Assembly: GCA_016712675.1 (NCBI GenBank)
Contig: JADJQR010000011.1
Span: 67,946 to 131,945, forward strand
Reading direction: 5' to 3'
DNA length: 64,000 nt
Source of the DNA: a bacterium
GTDB taxonomy: Bacteria; Krumholzibacteriota; Krumholzibacteriia; LZORAL124-64-63
A program made the translations under genes and the position numbers. The notes beneath the pieces were generated by a model, which was not told where the DNA came from, made no database searches, and was given only the letters and a program-made list of their open reading frames with translations. Positions 59,976 to 64,000 of the stretch are shown one piece after another. Position 1 is the stretch's first letter. Every line of letters begins with the position of its first letter.

Positions 59976-61898
59976 TCAGCGCCCGCGACGGCCCGGCGGG
60001 ACCAGGCCGGACCGCGCCAGCAGGTAGGCGTCCCGGTCGAGGGATTCGGGCGCCGGGGCCCCGGGGTCGCGCAGCGCGGCGAAGGCCGGCCCGCCCGGGC
60101 CGCCGATGCCCCCGACGCCCCGCAGCAGGTCGTAGACCTTGCGCAGCCAGGTGGCCGTCGACAGGCCGGGCGGGCAGACGCTCTCCCGGGGGTCCGGCAG
60201 CAGCGCCAGCGCTTCCGCCAGCACCGCGCGCGGGCGCTCGCCGGCGACGGGGACGCGCAGCACCCGGCCCTCGGGCGCTTCCCAGATCACCTCCAGCGCG
60301 CCGTCGCGGTAGGCCGCCGCCGGTTGCAGCCGCGCGGCCTGGCGGTGGGTGAGGTCGAAGGTGCGGACCAGCGACAGGTGCAGGGCGGCGCGGGGGTCGA
60401 CCGCGCGGATCGCGTCCAGGCGGGCGCGGATTTCTTCCTCGGGCCAGGGGCCGGGCGGCGGGGGGGCGGCGCGGCCCGCCCGGCCGTCCGCCCAGGCCGC
60501 CCGGGCGCGGCGCGCCAACTCGGGCCGGTCCAGCCAGCCGCAGAGCTGGGCCAGAAACTGGACGTGGTGGCGCGCGGTTTGCGGGGCCAGCCCCCGCCAG
60601 CCGGCGAGCAGGCGGTCCACCTGCGCCGCGCGCAGGCGCTCCGGCGCGAGCAGCGGGTCGCCGGCGCGGGCCAAGGCGTTGACGATCCCGTCCAGCAAAC
60701 GCTCGCGCAGCGCCAGCGTGCCCGGCGCCACCGGACCCCGGCCGTCGGCGCGCAGGCCGACGCGCGCGCGCACCCGCTCCCCCAGCACCTGCCGCTGCAC
60801 CCGGCGCTCGGCCCGCGACACGGGGCGAACGCCCTCGGGCGCAGCCGCCCGCGCGGCGGCGGCATCCGCGGGCGTCGGCGCGGCGCTTTCGCCCGCGCCC
60901 GGCTTGCCGTAGTAGGCGCGGGTGATCGAGGGGCGGGCGTGGCCCAGCCGGGCCGAGACCTCCAGCTGGGCGCGGCGGTGGTCGTCGCCGGCCACCGCCG
61001 CGCCGCCGCGCACCGGGCTGGGCTCGCCGGTCAGCTCCTCGTAGCGGTCGTTGGCGTACTGGTGGCGCAGGCCGTGGCTGACTAGGCCGCCTTCGCGGGT
61101 GATGCCGCAGCGCCCGAACACGTGATAGCAGCGGTCCAGCCACTGCTTGAGGTCGTACCGGGGCGGGATCATCGAGCGGCCGGTGGCCCCGGCGTGCCGC
61201 GCGGCCTCCAGGAGCGCGGCCCGCTGGCTTTCGGTTTCCACCGGCACCGCGCGCGGCCGCCCGCCCTTGGTGCCGGCCGTCACCCGCAGCCAGCCCGCGC
61301 CGTCCCAGTCGCGCTCCGGCGCGAGCAGGGAGGCTTCCTGCACGCGCAGGCCAAAGGCGCTCTGGAGGCGCAACACCCGCGCCACGTCCGGGTCCGCCCG
61401 CGCGACTTCGGCGATTTTTTCGTCCGGGTCCACCCCGGCCGCCGTCCAGGAGCGGTCGCGGGTGGCGGCGTAGCCGCGCCGGAAAGCGTCGGGGTTGTTC
61501 AGATACGACGGCCCCGGCCGCAGCATGCTCGCCTTGCCGAGCCAGCGGCAGAGCAGGGTGAGGTAGGAAAAGCGCTTCTGGAGGGTCGAGGCCGACAGCC
61601 CCTCCGCCTCCCAGCGCCGCATCAGCGCTTCGACGTGCTTGGGTTTGAGGTTGCCGACGTCCTCGAACCGGTAGCCCAGCTCGTGGAGCTGGCGCACCAT
61701 GCGGCTGTAAAACTCCGCCCGGTCGGCGACGGTGGCGTTCGCCACCACCTTGCGCCCGTCGGCGCTGCGGCGCAGGTGGGGTTTCAGGACGGCGTTGAGC
61801 GTGGCGAAGGCGCGGCCGCGCTTGCCGGCGGGCGCCGGCGGTTTGTCCGCCGCGCCCGATGCGCCCGGCGCGCGCGCCCGCCCGGTCGGCTTTGTCAC
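59976..61898 (-). CDS. tyrosine recombinase/integrase (ICE/plasmid Integrase_1-like) with a long C-terminal extension
   Basis: GLRVQEASLL (catalytic R), SHGLRHQYAND (HxxR) and LGHARPSITRAYYG (H...Y). The GTG at 61898 is preceded by AGGA. The track start at 62054 is rejected. Confidence 0.8.
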   Translation of the reverse strand: MTKPTGRARAPGASGAADKPPAPAGKRGRAFATLNAVLKPHLRRSADGRKVVANATVADRAEFYSRMVRQLHELGYRFEDVGNLKPKHVEALMRRWEAEGLSASTLQKRFSYLTLLCRWLGKASMLRPGPSYLNNPDAFRRGYAATRDRSWTAAGVDPDEKIAEVARADPDVARVLRLQSAFGLRVQEASLLAPERDWDGAGWLRVTAGTKGGRPRAVPVETESQRAALLEAARHAGATGRSMIPPRYDLKQWLDRCYHVFGRCGITREGGLVSHGLRHQYANDRYEELTGEPSPVRGGAAVAGDDHRRAQLEVSARLGHARPSITRAYYGKPGAGESAAPTPADAAAARAAAPEGVRPVSRAERRVQRQVLGERVRARVGLRADGRGPVAPGTLALRERLLDGIVNALARAGDPLLAPERLRAAQVDRLLAGWRGLAPQTARHHVQFLAQLCGWLDRPELARRARAAWADGRAGRAAPPPPGPWPEEEIRARLDAIRAVDPRAALHLSLVRTFDLTHRQAARLQPAAAYRDGALEVIWEAPEGRVLRVPVAGERPRAVLAEALALLPDPRESVCPPGLSTATWLRKVYDLLRGVGGIGGPGGPAFAALRDPGAPAPESLDRDAYLLARSGLVPPGRRGR

Positions 61899-62144
61899 AC
61901 GTGTCCTATCCCGGCGGCCGGCGGCCGCCCAACAGGCGCCCGCGCGCGAGGGGTCGCGGCCGGCGCGCGAAACACCGAAAAACCCGAGAAGGAGCGCACG
62001 GATGCGCGACGACCCGGCCGGCTTGAGCCATCGCGTAGAGACTCGACGCCACAACGCCGCGCCGTGGCGCGTTCGTGGCGTCGCTCGGAGCGGGGCGTCC
62101 GGCCGCCCGATCGTTCCGTCGCCGCCGTCTTTTCGCTCGGTTGG

Positions 62145-63434
62145 CTACATCGCGTAGCCATACCCGTCGCCTCGCTGTATCAGGGTGAAATTCTTGTGGC
62201 TGGCGGTGATCGTGGCGGTCGCGGTCGCGATGTCGAGCTGTCCGGTCGCCCTGATTCCCGCCAATCGGCCAACGTGGACGCCCGCATACTTGCCGGCCGG
62301 TTGCACCAGCCTGACTCTATCGCCCGTCGAAAACCCGAAAACCCGCTTGATGCGACCGGCCTTGCCGCGTGGGAACCCGTATTTGTCGGTGCGGACCACC
62401 TGACGGGTTCCGCGTCCCTTGGCGACGATGCCCAGCGGCCTGAAGCCGTCGCGGATCGTCACCCGCTCGCCGGAATCGCTGACGCAAGCCGCGTCGATCC
62501 AATGGTCTTTCGCAAAACCTTGCCGGGTCCGGTTGAACTTGGTGCGCCCACCGCTCCCGAACGCGGTCGGCCAGCGGGCCTTGAGCCGGTCGGTCAGCGC
62601 CCACCGGGGCGCGTTGACCGCCGCCGCGTCTTTCAGCGGCGCCTTGGCGTGGGCCAGCACGCGCTTGAGGGTGTCCGGCTTGGTCTTTAGGAAGTCTTCC
62701 ACCGGCCGCGCGCCCTTGCGCTGATTGCACGGCTGGCAAGCCAGCGTCAAATTGCTCACCCGGTCGCTCCCGCTGTTGGTCCTCGCCCGGATGTGCTCGA
62801 CTTGGAGCGGCACGTTCTCGGCGTCGCAGTACACGCACTTGCGCGCCCACTTTTCGAGCAGGTATTCCCGCAGCTCGTAGCCTGCCAGAGTGCCTTGCTG
62901 GTACTCAATTCCCGATATTTCCGGGTTTTCCATCGCCTGCATGTCGAACTTGACCAGCTCGACGGCGGCAAGGGTGATCGGGCAACGGGCGGCCAGCTTG
63001 GCGGCCACGGACTCCACGTTGTGCACCCGGCTTTCGACGCTGGGCGGCAGCCAGCCGGCCGGCCGCGTCCGGTTGAGGAACCGGGCCTGCCGGTATCGGG
63101 TCTTGCGCCCGCGCCGGCCACGGCGCAACGAGCGGCGGGATTCCAGGTTGTTCTTGATGACCTGCCCGCGATGGGTGAGGTTCGCGCCGAACAGCACCAC
63201 CGCACCTTGCTGCTCGAAATGGCCGACCAGGGCGATGCCGGTCGTTTTGCTGCCGGGGTCCACCTTGATTTCCACGTCCTGAACCTCGCCGTCGGCGCGG
63301 TCTTTCAAAATGATGGTGAAGGGCTGTTGCCGGTAGACGGCGGCCTTTCCCGCCGTCAACAGTTGCCGCGCCCTGGCGGGCCGGCACGGCATTAGCGGCT
63401 TTTTTGTGCTGCTCAACACGAGCACCGAGTTCAT
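62145..63434 (-). CDS. iscB: IscB (OMEGA-system RNA-guided nuclease: PLMP, RuvC and HNH domains)
   Basis: N-terminal KKPLMPCRPARARQLL (PLMP), KVDPGSKTTGIAL (RuvC-I), Arg-rich bridge RRSLRRGRRGRKTRYRQARFLNR, HNH CVYCDAENVPLQVEHIRAR...NLTLACQPCNQRKG, and DHWIDAACV (RuvC-III). Confidence 0.85.
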   Translation of the reverse strand: MNSVLVLSSTKKPLMPCRPARARQLLTAGKAAVYRQQPFTIILKDRADGEVQDVEIKVDPGSKTTGIALVGHFEQQGAVVLFGANLTHRGQVIKNNLESRRSLRRGRRGRKTRYRQARFLNRTRPAGWLPPSVESRVHNVESVAAKLAARCPITLAAVELVKFDMQAMENPEISGIEYQQGTLAGYELREYLLEKWARKCVYCDAENVPLQVEHIRARTNSGSDRVSNLTLACQPCNQRKGARPVEDFLKTKPDTLKRVLAHAKAPLKDAAAVNAPRWALTDRLKARWPTAFGSGGRTKFNRTRQGFAKDHWIDAACVSDSGERVTIRDGFRPLGIVAKGRGTRQVVRTDKYGFPRGKAGRIKRVFGFSTGDRVRLVQPAGKYAGVHVGRLAGIRATGQLDIATATATITASHKNFTLIQRGDGYGYAM

Positions 63435-63700
63435 GCGATTACTCGCTCTCCAAATGGGTAAAGGTCACCTCGCCGGGAGTGCAACGGTCGGTCAGGCTAA
63501 GGATTGGGGCTTGTACCGCATCGCCCACCATTCCCTTCGCCCACGGAGCCGGCGACTGGTGAAGCATCGCCGGGCGTGTCGCTTTCGCGTCTCGTCGCAT
63601 CGTTTACTCGTTTGGTTATGGAGTCGGCTGGTTGAGTCTCGGACCCGTTGCCGCCCGCATCCGTGCGAACGGCAACGGGTCACGGCGGCGACTCAACTGG
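63435..63700 (-). ncRNA. candidate IscB omega-RNA scaffold
   Basis: Non-coding stretch immediately 5' of iscB, with lower GC. Nested perfect stems: 63641-63652/63669-63680 (12 bp) enclosed by 63630-63637/63689-63696 (8 bp). The position matches where IscB omega-RNAs are encoded. Confidence 0.5.
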
Positions 63701-64000
63701 GGCTCACCTTGAGGGCTCGGCGTGCGATGGCGGTCTTGCCCCAAGACCCGACCACCCCCCGACGGTCCCGCGCTTCCCCGTCCGGGCCGGTTTCGAGAAA
63801 CCGGACATTCACGATCGTGAACCTCGCTCCTTCCCCGTCCGAGCGGCCCCGAAGGCGTCGCCCGCGAACCCCTACCCGGCCGCCGCGACCGTGGGTCGCC
63901 GGCGGGTCCGGTCAGCTCCCCAAGAGCTGGCGGCGGTCCTGTCAGGGTGCGGTTGGCGCGCGGCGCGCGGGGCGGTCCTTCCCCCCGGCCGGGCCGGGAG

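Noticed and set aside
63700-64000. Short minus-strand ORF (VNVRFLETGPDGEARDRRG...) and GC-rich sequence beyond the IscB leader. I also looked here for a tRNA or att site expected near an ICE integrase.
   Set aside because: The ORF is interrupted by the IscB element boundary and has no motif. I saw no tRNA-like T-arm or acceptor sequence anywhere in the window, and the window ends before any att site can be judged.

Overview
The window is a very GC-rich proteobacterial-type sequence that reads as part of an integrative/conjugative element (ICE). A roughly 25 kb mosaic accessory island of visibly lower GC is inserted into it.

ICE backbone, about 1-33000 and 57600-64000:
- umuDC
- a DUF5131/TcmP pair
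- a DUF488-ATPase operon and an AIM24 gene
- a DNA methyltransferase-like gene
- a PRTRC-type ThiF/E1-like gene
- ssb and a Whirly-like ssDNA-binding protein
- traX and a traU-like gene
- a CobS-like AAA+ / CobT-like vWA / DUF3150 / WGR-like cluster
- a PD-(D/E)XK nuclease
- a block of small alternating-strand genes with repeated intergenic cassettes
- gamma-glutamyltransferase
- two paralogous ABC/SMC-like ATPases
- a large tyrosine recombinase
- an IscB element with a candidate omega-RNA

Accessory island, about 33000-57600:
- vapBC
- one 2231-aa ORF with an N-terminal nucleoside-phosphorylase-fold domain, TPR-like repeats and a long unassigned region. This is the most novel-looking feature in the window.
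- a transposase remnant
- a TerY-type vWA / PP2C / Ser-Thr kinase triad
- a UPF0175/DUF3368 pair
- an AbiEi/AbiEii pair
- a Gabija-like OLD nuclease plus UvrD helicase
- remnants of a foreign T4SS end (trbI pseudogene, DUF2274)
- an FG-GAP repeat pseudogene
- a solo TnpB IS inserted into one copy of a ~60-bp repeat
- a two-gene module: a small Cys-motif protein plus a membrane-anchored PD-(D/E)XK nuclease

I recognised no rRNA, tRNA or CRISPR array. Many long ORFs in the six-frame track are GC artefacts that lie antisense to, or out of frame with, the real genes.

All family assignments come from motif recognition by eye and from memory of the families. No database search was run.
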